64,000 nucleotides of DNA from an uncultured Christensenellaceae bacterium (GTDB lineage Bacteria; Bacillota; Clostridia; Christensenellales; UBA3700): contig CALWHF010000001.1 in assembly GCA_944380305.1 (NCBI GenBank), positions 75,600 through 139,599 on the forward strand. Direction: 5' to 3'. The notes beneath the pieces were generated by a model. That model was not told where the DNA came from. It made no database searches and was given only the letters and a program-made list of their open reading frames with translations. Below, one piece after another: positions 54,829 to 62,525 of this stretch (positions are counted from its first letter, which is position 1; every line of letters starts with the position of its first letter). The translations under genes and the position numbers were made by a program.

Positions 54829-56235
54829 ATGCGGGTATCGAAACAATCAAAACAACGGTTAAAAACGATTGCAATATTTATTGCCGACCTTATGGCTCTT
54901 GTCGTAGGTGTGATCTCTGTCGCGATACTGTCTTCAACGAACACTTCCTCGACAGTATATTTTTCGGGATTTCTGATCTATTTTTCTATTATCGCCCTAT
55001 TCCTGTTCACGCTGATAATTATCGTGGACTGCTATGCGATGTTTGCGATAAAGACGTCGACGTATCACTCTTTGCTGATGGCACTTTGCATAATGGTCTG
55101 CTGTTTACTGTCTGAAGACTATCTGTCGCTGTTAGATCTGTCCTCGGCGTACGGAACCGTCTCGAACATCGTCCAGTACGGAGTTTATACGTTATTCCTC
55201 GCGATAGTCGTCATTTTCTTCGACTTCTCTTACAAACTCGGGATGTCAAAAAAGCGTAAGCTGAGCTATTTTGCCGTCTGTGTACTGTCTTTCGTGCTTT
55301 TTGCCGCTCTGTATCGGGTAAAACTGCATATCTTGGCGTATTGCCTTGGCCTTGCGATGACAGTCGAACTGTCTTATTACACTTCTCACAACCCGAATGT
55401 GCACTGCTTCAATTCTCATTCTTTCCGCCCGACGCAGTTTATCACGTTCGCTCTGAGCGGGCTCATCCTTACCAACACGATATATTCGTCGGGGTTTGTA
55501 GAGAACTACCCCTTCGGGACGACCTCTTTTTACTTGTTCACGTCGACTCTTGTTTACGCTTTTATATATTTCAGTTTTATTCGCAAAGCGACGAAAAGAG
55601 ACCTCGCAAACGCGCAGTACAGAGCGAAGTACGAACAGGTAAAATCGGGTATGTTGCAAGCGCAGATAAAGCCGCATTTCGTGTTCAACGTGCTGTTATC
55701 GATAAAGAATCTCTACCACAGCGACACCGAACTGGGGGACGAAGCAATAGATCTGTTTTCCAAACACCTGCGCGCGCAGGTAGAAGCCGCAGGTGCCGAC
55801 ATGGTGCCTTTTGAAAAAGAACTGGACACCATCCGCGTGTTTACCGATCTAGAAAACATACGTCAGGATAAAGAACTGAACCTGATATTCGATATAGAAT
55901 ATTCCGATTTTCAGATACCTGCCCTGTCGCTGCAGACTTTTATCGAAAATGCGATAAAATACAGCAGGATAAACGAAAAAGAGGACGGATATATCCGCAT
56001 ATCCTCCCGATGCGAAAACGGAGAAATATTGCTCGAGATCTCGGATAACGGCGTGGGGTTCGACCCTTCGGAGATCAGGGACACGTCTTACGGGATACGC
56101 AATTCTGTCGAACGCTTCCGTCTTCTGACGGGCGTGACTCCCGAAATAATCAGCTCACCAGGAAACGGCACGTCGATAATGATACGTTTCAATAAATCCT
56201 CATCGGAGAAACACCATGAAAATAATAATAGTTGA
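54829..56235 (+). CDS. Membrane sensor histidine kinase, LytS/YehU-type (His_kinase internal region + HATPase)
   Basis: Multi-TM N-terminal half. The H-box region is QIKPHFVFNVLLSIKNLYH. The ATPase boxes are FIENAIKYS, SDNGVGF and GNGTSIMIRF. Confidence 0.8.
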   Translation: MRVSKQSKQRLKTIAIFIADLMALVVGVISVAILSSTNTSSTVYFSGFLIYFSIIALFLFTLIIIVDCYAMFAIKTSTYHSLLMALCIMVCCLLSEDYLSLLDLSSAYGTVSNIVQYGVYTLFLAIVVIFFDFSYKLGMSKKRKLSYFAVCVLSFVLFAALYRVKLHILAYCLGLAMTVELSYYTSHNPNVHCFNSHSFRPTQFITFALSGLILTNTIYSSGFVENYPFGTTSFYLFTSTLVYAFIYFSFIRKATKRDLANAQYRAKYEQVKSGMLQAQIKPHFVFNVLLSIKNLYHSDTELGDEAIDLFSKHLRAQVEAAGADMVPFEKELDTIRVFTDLENIRQDKELNLIFDIEYSDFQIPALSLQTFIENAIKYSRINEKEDGYIRISSRCENGEILLEISDNGVGFDPSEIRDTSYGIRNSVERFRLLTGVTPEIISSPGNGTSIMIRFNKSSSEKHHENNNS

Positions 56236-57004
56236 CGACGAATTGCACGCTTTGCAGCTCTTTCTATCAGATCTGATCGGGCTCGACATCGAGTACCGAT
56301 TCTTCAAGGACGACAAAAACGCGATACTCAAATACGTCGTTTACGAAAACCCCGACGGAGTCTTTCTCGACGTGAATATGCCCGGGATCAACGGCATAGA
56401 TCTGGCATCCGAACTCATCGCGATCAAGCCGTCGATAAAGATTGTCTTCGCAACGGGTATGAATATCTCGGAAAACGCGCTGCCGAACGACGTAGCCGCC
56501 AACACCGTCGGCTTTCTGTACAAACCCTATGACAAAGATAAGCTTTATTATTACCTGTCGGAGATAGCCAACAAGACTAGAAAAATGACGGTCAAGACAT
56601 TCGGATCTTTCGATTGCTTCATCGACGACCGCATAGTCAGATTCTCGTCAGCCAAATCCAAAGAACTGTTTGCGCTGCTTATCGCCTACAGAGGCAAAAC
56701 TCTGACGATGAACGACGCAATATCCCAGATTTGGCCAGATACCGACGTGGATAAAAGCAAGATACTGTATCGCGACGCCGTATGGCGGCTCAGAAAAACG
56801 CTGAGCGAACTTCATTTCGATTGCGTCGACTTCAGACGGGCTTGCCTTGTGCTGAACAAATCCAACCTGATCTGCGACAGCTGGGATTACGCCGAAGGAA
56901 AAAACAAAAATTACAACGGCGAATTTATGAAAAATTACGATTGGAGCATAGCTTATCTCCCCATTCTTGACAAGCTTAATTCAAACACGGACACAACGAC
57001 CTGA
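56216..57004 (+). CDS. Response regulator: receiver domain + SARP/OmpR-like winged-helix DNA-binding domain
   Basis: The receiver domain reads MKIIIVDDE...GVFLDVNMPGINGIDLA. The C-terminal domain reads FGSFDCFIDDRIVRFSSAKSKELFALLIAYRGKTLTMNDAISQIWPD...AVWRLRKTL. It overlaps the kinase gene by 20 nt. Confidence 0.75.
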   Translation: MKIIIVDDELHALQLFLSDLIGLDIEYRFFKDDKNAILKYVVYENPDGVFLDVNMPGINGIDLASELIAIKPSIKIVFATGMNISENALPNDVAANTVGFLYKPYDKDKLYYYLSEIANKTRKMTVKTFGSFDCFIDDRIVRFSSAKSKELFALLIAYRGKTLTMNDAISQIWPDTDVDKSKILYRDAVWRLRKTLSELHFDCVDFRRACLVLNKSNLICDSWDYAEGKNKNYNGEFMKNYDWSIAYLPILDKLNSNTDTTT

Positions 57005-57031
57005 TCTCTTACTGAAGTTTCCTGCGCCGTT

Positions 57032-57361
57032 TTGTTACTGCGTGTACCCGCACGCGACGTAATGCGTAAAGTTTTTTTCGATCGTTTCGTCGTCTACGCA
57101 GCTTGTCATAGACAAACACACGCACGGTGCCAAACGAAGTTTTACGGTGAATTGTCAAACCAAGTGCAAACTTTTGAAAAAGAAAACAAGATCCAGGATC
57201 CTGACGACGACGGCAGCGTTACAATCGCCGTATCATACGACGAGAACGGCAAGCCGAACGATTACGAAAAGTTCAGCTTGATAGTTTGCAGTCGCTCTAC
57301 CGGTGAATACAGCAATCTCTTTTATAAATTCCGTATTGTAGATCATGTGTCTGCAATTTGA
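57032..57361 (+). pseudogene. Probable gene fragment (only the C-terminal ~70 codons look protein-like)
   Basis: The first ~35 codons run through the 57102-57132 repeat and are Arg/Cys-rich nonsense. The remainder looks like the tail of a real protein (ELSNQVQTFEKENKIQDPDDDGSVTIAVSYDENGKPNDYEKFSLIVCSRSTGEYSNLFYKFRIVDHV). There is no RBS. Confidence 0.3.
57102..57132 (+). repeat. Second copy of the 31-32-nt junction repeat
   Basis: CTTGTCATAGACAAACACACGCACGGTGCCA, with one mismatch and one 1-nt gap relative to 52764-52795. The left inverted-repeat arm is absent here. Confidence 0.8.
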
Positions 57362-57478
57362 TTATAATATATCTCTTAATCTGACAGGATTTGTCAATTA
57401 TTATTTCAGATTGCAGAATATCTTGATTTTTCGGTCCGTTTGTCGGTCTGAGGTGGGGAACAGGGGCGAAAAGGGCGT

Positions 57479-57530
57479 AAAAAATTGCAACGGCTGTATA
57501 GGTGTGCCTGAAAAGAACAGCCGTTGCAAT
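57479..57530 (-). terminator. Orphan minus-strand terminator-like hairpin
   Basis: ATTGCAACGGCTGT / ACAGCCGTTGCAAT 14-bp perfect stem. T6 follows on the minus strand only. There is no annotated minus-strand gene upstream of it. Confidence 0.5.
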
Positions 57531-57638
57531 CGAATGAGTATATCTGCCTACCCCATTGTTTTTATGATAATATATTCATAGCTCGCATACATATTATGGC
57601 GAGGAATAGAATTGCGTTGTTTCTTGTTGGTTTCCGTG

Positions 57639-57668
57639 TTGACAAAACAAGGCAGTTTGTTATAGAAT
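57639..57668 (+). promoter_or_regulatory. Candidate promoter of the Spo0A-like regulator gene
   Basis: TTGACA (57639-57644), an 18-nt spacer, then TAGAAT (57663-57668). AAGGTG lies upstream of ATG 57685. Confidence 0.35.
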
Positions 57669-57684
57669 AATAATAAGGTGCTTT

Positions 57685-58467
57685 ATGGAAAGAAAATTAA
57701 ACATTTTATTAGTTGAAGACGACCCTGACGATTGCAATGCCATGAGCAGCGCGATCGACAATGCTTTTGAAGATTTCAATCTTCTATCTATCACGAACAG
57801 TGCTGTGACCGCACTCAAAATTTTCAACGAAGAAAATCCCGACGTGATCATACTCGACCTAGAATTGAGTCTGGGTCAGGGTACCGGTTTCGACGTGCTC
57901 GAAGGTATTCAGCATGCTAATCCCGACTTCCCGCCCTACATAATAATTACAACCAACAATATAAGTTCGATTACTCACTCGATGGTCAGACAATTCGGCG
58001 GAGATTTTATTTTCACGAAAACTCAAGTAGGTTACAGCGCAAATGCAGTGATAAATTTTCTCAAGAGTGCAAAGCACTCGATACTGAACAGACGCCCGAC
58101 CGAGCCCTCACCGTATGTCGGATGGGAGCTCAGCTCTTTGAAACAGCAAAACTTAAAAAGGTGCATCAACAACCATTTGTTGAAGATCGGTGTCTCTCCG
58201 AAAAACAAAGGATTCGGTTATCTGCTCGATGCGATATACCTTATCGTAAACGAGTGCAATACTCCGTTCATCCCGATTCTCGCAGAAAACTATAACAAGA
58301 CCCCTGCGAGCGTGGAAAGAGCGATGCAGAATGCGATCAACCGCACATGGGCGACAGAGAACATCGACGATCTTCTGGAAAACTATACGGCAAAAATTTC
58401 GTCAGCCAAAGGCGTTCCTACGATAAACGAATTCGTATATTACTATGCGCATAAAATTAAGGCATAA
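57685..58467 (+). CDS. Response regulator with Spo0A-type C-terminal DNA-binding domain (divergent Spo0A paralogue)
   Basis: The receiver domain reads NILLVEDDPDD...DVIILDLEL. The C-terminal domain aligns motif for motif with Spo0A_C: KIGVSPKNKGFGYLLDAIYLIV, ASVERAMQNAINRTW, and KGVPTINEFVYYYA. Confidence 0.75.
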   Translation: MERKLNILLVEDDPDDCNAMSSAIDNAFEDFNLLSITNSAVTALKIFNEENPDVIILDLELSLGQGTGFDVLEGIQHANPDFPPYIIITTNNISSITHSMVRQFGGDFIFTKTQVGYSANAVINFLKSAKHSILNRRPTEPSPYVGWELSSLKQQNLKRCINNHLLKIGVSPKNKGFGYLLDAIYLIVNECNTPFIPILAENYNKTPASVERAMQNAINRTWATENIDDLLENYTAKISSAKGVPTINEFVYYYAHKIKA

Positions 58468-58510
58468 AAATACGGATTGCACTTCCCGTGCAATCCGTCA
58501 AATGCTCGTA

Positions 58511-58567
58511 TTATCGTCCAGATACAAGCAATCTCAAAAATTCGAGAAATCTTTCCCAAGCACTCAT
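58511..58567 (-). CDS. Candidate 18-aa peptide gene (MSAWERFLEFLRLLVSGR)
   Basis: My own reading of the minus strand. GGGAGG (58581-58576) lies 8 nt upstream of ATG 58567, and the stop TAA is at 58513-58511. An 11-bp hairpin follows downstream on the minus strand: ACGGATTGCAC/GTGCAATCCGT at 58472-58500, then TATTTTTA. Confidence 0.3.
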   Translation of the reverse strand: MSAWERFLEFLRLLVSGR

Positions 58568-58671
58568 TGCAATGTCCTCCCTTTTTTATTTAATACTAAT
58601 AAAGACGAAAGGATTTCTTGCATTAGTGCCGCGGATGTTTTAATCGTTAAGATAATTAGTGTTTTGTAAAC

Positions 58672-60114
58672 ATGGAAAATCTGTTTGTCAATGCAATTAA
58701 ATTCGGATTTATGTTCCCCAGCGTATTATACATATATGCCGGATTGCTTCGCATTAGTCTGCATAAAAAAATGATTTTTCATTTACCCGTGTGGATAATT
58801 CTTGCTTTTACAATAGCTTTCTCAACAAAAGAACTAAATGTATTGCAACCTTTTGCATTTCTTCTGATAGCTTTTCTATATCTTCTTATCGCGTATAGAA
58901 AACCTCTCAAAACGTCGGTATCGTACAGTTTTATTTCGGTCGGCATCTGTTTCTTTTTACTTACGATAAGTTACCTGATCACACTGCCGATAACTTTTGC
59001 GTTTTCGTTTATCGACAACGTTACGCTTTCGCTTTATATTATGACCGTAATTATCGGTATAATTCAATTGGTGTTATCTATCGTGGTATTCAAAATTAAG
59101 CGATTCAAAAACGGGCTTATGCTCACTAAGAATGACAACCATTTTTCTTTGCTGATAGTAATAAGCGCAATAACTATTTCAGTTTCATCTCTTTTTTATA
59201 CAGAATTTTTCGACTCATACTATATGTTTATAATATTTTTTGTCGTATCGGCGATAGGCGCGGTAGCTCTTCTGTTATGGAATGCCGTGCTTGCCAACAG
59301 GTATAAAAGCGAAATTTACAAACGTAACGTCGCTATTTATGAAAAAACTCTGGCTGAATACGAAAGCCGCAACAAGAACATTGCAGACGACAACAGTAAA
59401 CTATCGGCAGTGATTCACAGAGACAATAAGTTTATTTCCGTCATGGAAATTGCCGTTGCGGACGTATTAAACGGTAAATGCGATAAAAAATCAGCAGGAG
59501 AGTTACTTAAAACGCTTGAAGAACTCTCATCGCAACGCAAAGAACTTATCCGCGATTGCGAAAACAACAAGGATACTTTGCCAAAAACAGGAGATATTGC
59601 CATAGACTCAACCCTAATCTACGTCCGATCCGTAGCCAAAAATTTCGGTGTTGACGCATCTTTCGACATAGACGACGGTTTTATCGACACATTGCAAAAC
59701 CTGATAGACATGACTCATTTCAACACTTTGCTTTGCGACATATGCGAAAATGCCATTCATGCCGCCGAAACCGCACCTGACGGTAAAATCTTTCTTTCGA
59801 TGAAAATTGACAATGGCTTCCCTGCCGTAACGATAAAAGACAACGGTGCGCCTTTCGACGAAAAGGTTCTGAGTTCTATCGGCAGGATCCGTATAACGAC
59901 GCGCAAAAACAAAGGAGGTTCGGGCATAGGTCTCGTATACATATTCGAAATCCTTCAGAAATACGGCGCAAGTTTCTGCCTCGACGAAATTCCCGACGGC
60001 AGTTTCGCTAAATCGATAACTTTGCGTTTCGACAGCCGTGCCCGACTCGAAGTCAACACTAATCGTCCGAATGTGGCAAAGGCTTTCAAAAATCGCACGA
60101 CGATTTACGACTGA
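58672..60114 (+). CDS. Membrane sensor histidine kinase, AgrC/HPK10-like (GHKL ATPase)
   Basis: The N-terminal half has about 6 TM helices. The candidate phospho-His region is LSAVIHRDNKFISVME. The ATPase region contains ICENAIHAAE, KDNGAPFDEKVL and KGGSGIGLVYIFEILQKYGA. Confidence 0.7.
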   Translation: MENLFVNAIKFGFMFPSVLYIYAGLLRISLHKKMIFHLPVWIILAFTIAFSTKELNVLQPFAFLLIAFLYLLIAYRKPLKTSVSYSFISVGICFFLLTISYLITLPITFAFSFIDNVTLSLYIMTVIIGIIQLVLSIVVFKIKRFKNGLMLTKNDNHFSLLIVISAITISVSSLFYTEFFDSYYMFIIFFVVSAIGAVALLLWNAVLANRYKSEIYKRNVAIYEKTLAEYESRNKNIADDNSKLSAVIHRDNKFISVMEIAVADVLNGKCDKKSAGELLKTLEELSSQRKELIRDCENNKDTLPKTGDIAIDSTLIYVRSVAKNFGVDASFDIDDGFIDTLQNLIDMTHFNTLLCDICENAIHAAETAPDGKIFLSMKIDNGFPAVTIKDNGAPFDEKVLSSIGRIRITTRKNKGGSGIGLVYIFEILQKYGASFCLDEIPDGSFAKSITLRFDSRARLEVNTNRPNVAKAFKNRTTIYD

Positions 60115-60234
60115 ATACTGTGCCTCTAGATTTCAGACAATTTGCGTTTTTGCAATTTGCCCGAATTTTTGGCGATCACCTTCAATGAAAATACAGCCCG
60201 CGGCTCTTCGCGGGCTGTATTTATATTGCGATAA

Positions 60235-61209
60235 TCAGATCTCTTGACTTTCGCCTTTAGCCTCGGTTTCTTTTTCAGCCAGCTTTTTGTCCTTACCGTT
60301 CTTGATCGACTTTTCAGCAGATTTTTCATTGACAACTTCTTTCTCTTCGCCTTTTGTACAATTGCCCTCCTGTACGTCAGTTTCCTTTATTAGCTCTTCG
60401 GTTTTTGCGTTGTTCGGCTCATAAGATTTTTTCTTTGCTAAGATCTTTCCTCCGCAAGCCGAACAATACTTGTCCTTAAACCGAGCCTTCTTGCCGCATT
60501 TTTCACACACAAAGATTGTCTCGCCCTCTTTTCTCTCTTCAGTCGGCGCGCCGCATGCGGTACAAAAATTTGACTTTCTTGCATTCCTCTTGCCGCATAC
60601 AGTGCAGATCTTTACGATTCCGGGATCTGTCGGCAATTTTTTGTCGAGCACAATCATTGCCGCATACGCACCCGCAGCGAAGATCAGAGTCAGAAATACG
60701 CCAGCCGAAAGCGCGTAACCTATAGTGAACGTGTCGTCTCCTATCTGCCTCTCGGTTAGCGAAATGCCGTGCACCGCGCTGAGACATATCATTACGAGCA
60801 GATTCAAACCTATCATCGCAAAAAACGCAATGTCCACCACAAAGTCTGTCTTCATTCTGCCTAGTTTGTCGGGTATCGACAATATGCCGAAATATTTGAG
60901 TATTCCGCATGCGCATATCGCAAGCATCGCCAGCCCCACAAGCAACGCGAATATGTTGAATGTCGCAGCCGCACTGCCTGCCGCAGCTGCATCCGTCCCC
61001 TGCAACACGCGCCCCAGGTCGACCAGATTGTATCCGCTTATACCGCTGCGCGTCTGCCGCAAAGTCTCGGCATAATTCTCGCTCCAGACATTGCCGCTGT
61101 AACTGCAATAAGCAGAATACGGTATCGCAAGCAAAATGAAATTGAGCAACCCGAACAGCCCCGCAAAGACCCACTTCAGATTTGCCCTTATAAAACTTTT
61201 GATCTCCAT
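60235..61209 (-). CDS. Multi-TM membrane protein with cytoplasmic double zinc-ribbon and Lys/Glu-rich tail
   Basis: The N-terminal half has 4-5 TM helices. It is followed by CTVCGKRNARKSNFCTACG and CEKCGKKARFKDKYCSACG. Confidence 0.65.
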   Translation of the reverse strand: MEIKSFIRANLKWVFAGLFGLLNFILLAIPYSAYCSYSGNVWSENYAETLRQTRSGISGYNLVDLGRVLQGTDAAAAGSAAATFNIFALLVGLAMLAICACGILKYFGILSIPDKLGRMKTDFVVDIAFFAMIGLNLLVMICLSAVHGISLTERQIGDDTFTIGYALSAGVFLTLIFAAGAYAAMIVLDKKLPTDPGIVKICTVCGKRNARKSNFCTACGAPTEERKEGETIFVCEKCGKKARFKDKYCSACGGKILAKKKSYEPNNAKTEELIKETDVQEGNCTKGEEKEVVNEKSAEKSIKNGKDKKLAEKETEAKGESQEI

Positions 61210-61441
61210 GATTGCCTCCTCACGCGTTTTGCGACAACGGTCAAGCGCGGTCGCACAACCTTTTCTTTTATTATATCACATAATCTTATATTCGGCTCAA
61301 CAATTTATTTTCGGCGAAAATCTCGCCCTTTCAAAGAAAAAACGCGGTCTCTCCTACGCAAATTCCTGCGCCTTTAATGCCGTATTATCTACACGGGTAT
61401 GTAAATTATGTAAAAGACGGATTCCTCCGTCCCCTTGTTTT

Positions 61442-61708
61442 TCAACAATCGGTCGTGCACGTCGTCTCCGACCCGCACTCCCTTATCTCAGACTCGTAGC
61501 TTACGGGTATCCGCAGTTTGAGCCGTTGTATCACCGTCAGACTGCACCCGTTGCCGCAATCGCTCGCCACTACGGTAGGCTCGCCGGCGCAGCTTATCTC
61601 CACTTCGCCGATACGCGCGGATACGCTCACGCCGAGCTGCGTCTTCGTCTCTGCCGAATGATCCGTCACCGTCCGACATACGTCGTATTCGTTGCAACGC
61701 GCGTCCAT
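61442..61708 (-). CDS. Small Cys-rich protein, paralogue of the upstream gene
   Basis: 88 aa. It shares the pattern C-x-G-x-x-TVV...C...C-x-(L/T)-T-x-x-Q...(I/V)PV with the adjacent 103-aa ORF. The gap after that ORF's stop is 3 nt. Confidence 0.5.
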   Translation of the reverse strand: MDARCNEYDVCRTVTDHSAETKTQLGVSVSARIGEVEISCAGEPTVVASDCGNGCSLTVIQRLKLRIPVSYESEIRECGSETTCTTDC

Positions 61709-61711
61709 GTT

Positions 61712-62023
61712 TTATGCCTTCACGTCGGCAAGCGGACTGACCTCGGGCAGGATGTCGCACGCCGTGCATATATCTTCTGCAGATGCGCCGAGACACTCGA
61801 CGTACGCCTCGCCCACGGTCGCGGTCGCACCGAAATCCACAGGTACCGCCACGCATACGTTCTGCGACAACGTAAACGAGCATACCCCGTTCTTTACTCC
61901 CGAGCATATCTGCCTGCCCGGTACTACGGTCGCCGCACCGCAACACTTCGTGACCGTCGCGCCTGCGTTTGCAAACGGCGTCACGGTTACGGGCACGCAA
62001 ACCGACGCCGCCTGATAACCCAC
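61712..62023 (-). CDS. Small Cys-rich protein (start uncertain; probable homopolymer frame problem at the 5' end)
   Basis: 103 aa from GTG 62023 with no RBS. A perfect AAGGAG-n6-ATG at 62058 is one frame off and would join this ORF through a 1-nt change in the A4 run near 62048-62051. Confidence 0.5.
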   Translation of the reverse strand: MGYQAASVCVPVTVTPFANAGATVTKCCGAATVVPGRQICSGVKNGVCSFTLSQNVCVAVPVDFGATATVGEAYVECLGASAEDICTACDILPEVSPLADVKA

Positions 62024-62335
62024 TGTGGACGAGTCTGATTTTCCATAATTCCGTCCATTGAATTCTCCTTCGTCGCTCTTCGCGACGATACATTATATGC
62101 CTTTTCGCCCGCCGTCCGTGCATGCATCGCCCGATTTCCCTCTCCGCTCCCCTCGGTCCGTTCGTACGACCTCGCGAGATCCCGACTGTCTGTTTGCGTT
62201 TATTCCCCTGCCCTTTCCCTCTCCTTTCGCCGCCACCGCCGCAACGGCTATAAAATTGTGCAAAATGCTTTGACAATACGGCGAGTTTATGGTAATATTA
62301 TCGTTGCAATAACGCTAAGCCGCCTGCGACCGCGA

Positions 62336-62426
62336 GGAGAAATACCCAAGAGGTCGAAGGGGCTCCCCTGCTAAGGGAGTAGTACGGGATACCGTAGCGA
62401 GGGTTCAAATCCCTCTTTCTCCGCCA
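62336..62426 (+). tRNA. tRNA-Ser (anticodon GCT)
   Basis: Hand-folded, 91 nt. The acceptor stem is GGAGAAA/TTTCTCC. The anticodon stem CTCCC/GGGAG carries loop CTGCTAA. It has a long variable arm, T arm GAGGG-TTCAAAT-CCCTC, and an encoded GCCA 3' end. Confidence 0.9.
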
Positions 62427-62525
62427 TCGCAAAGCTCGATGCGTTTTGCACAAGATATGCTCTGAAAAAGGTACTTTCAGGGCATATTTTTTAACGTTTT
62501 AACGGAAATTTCGGGGAAATTTGTG

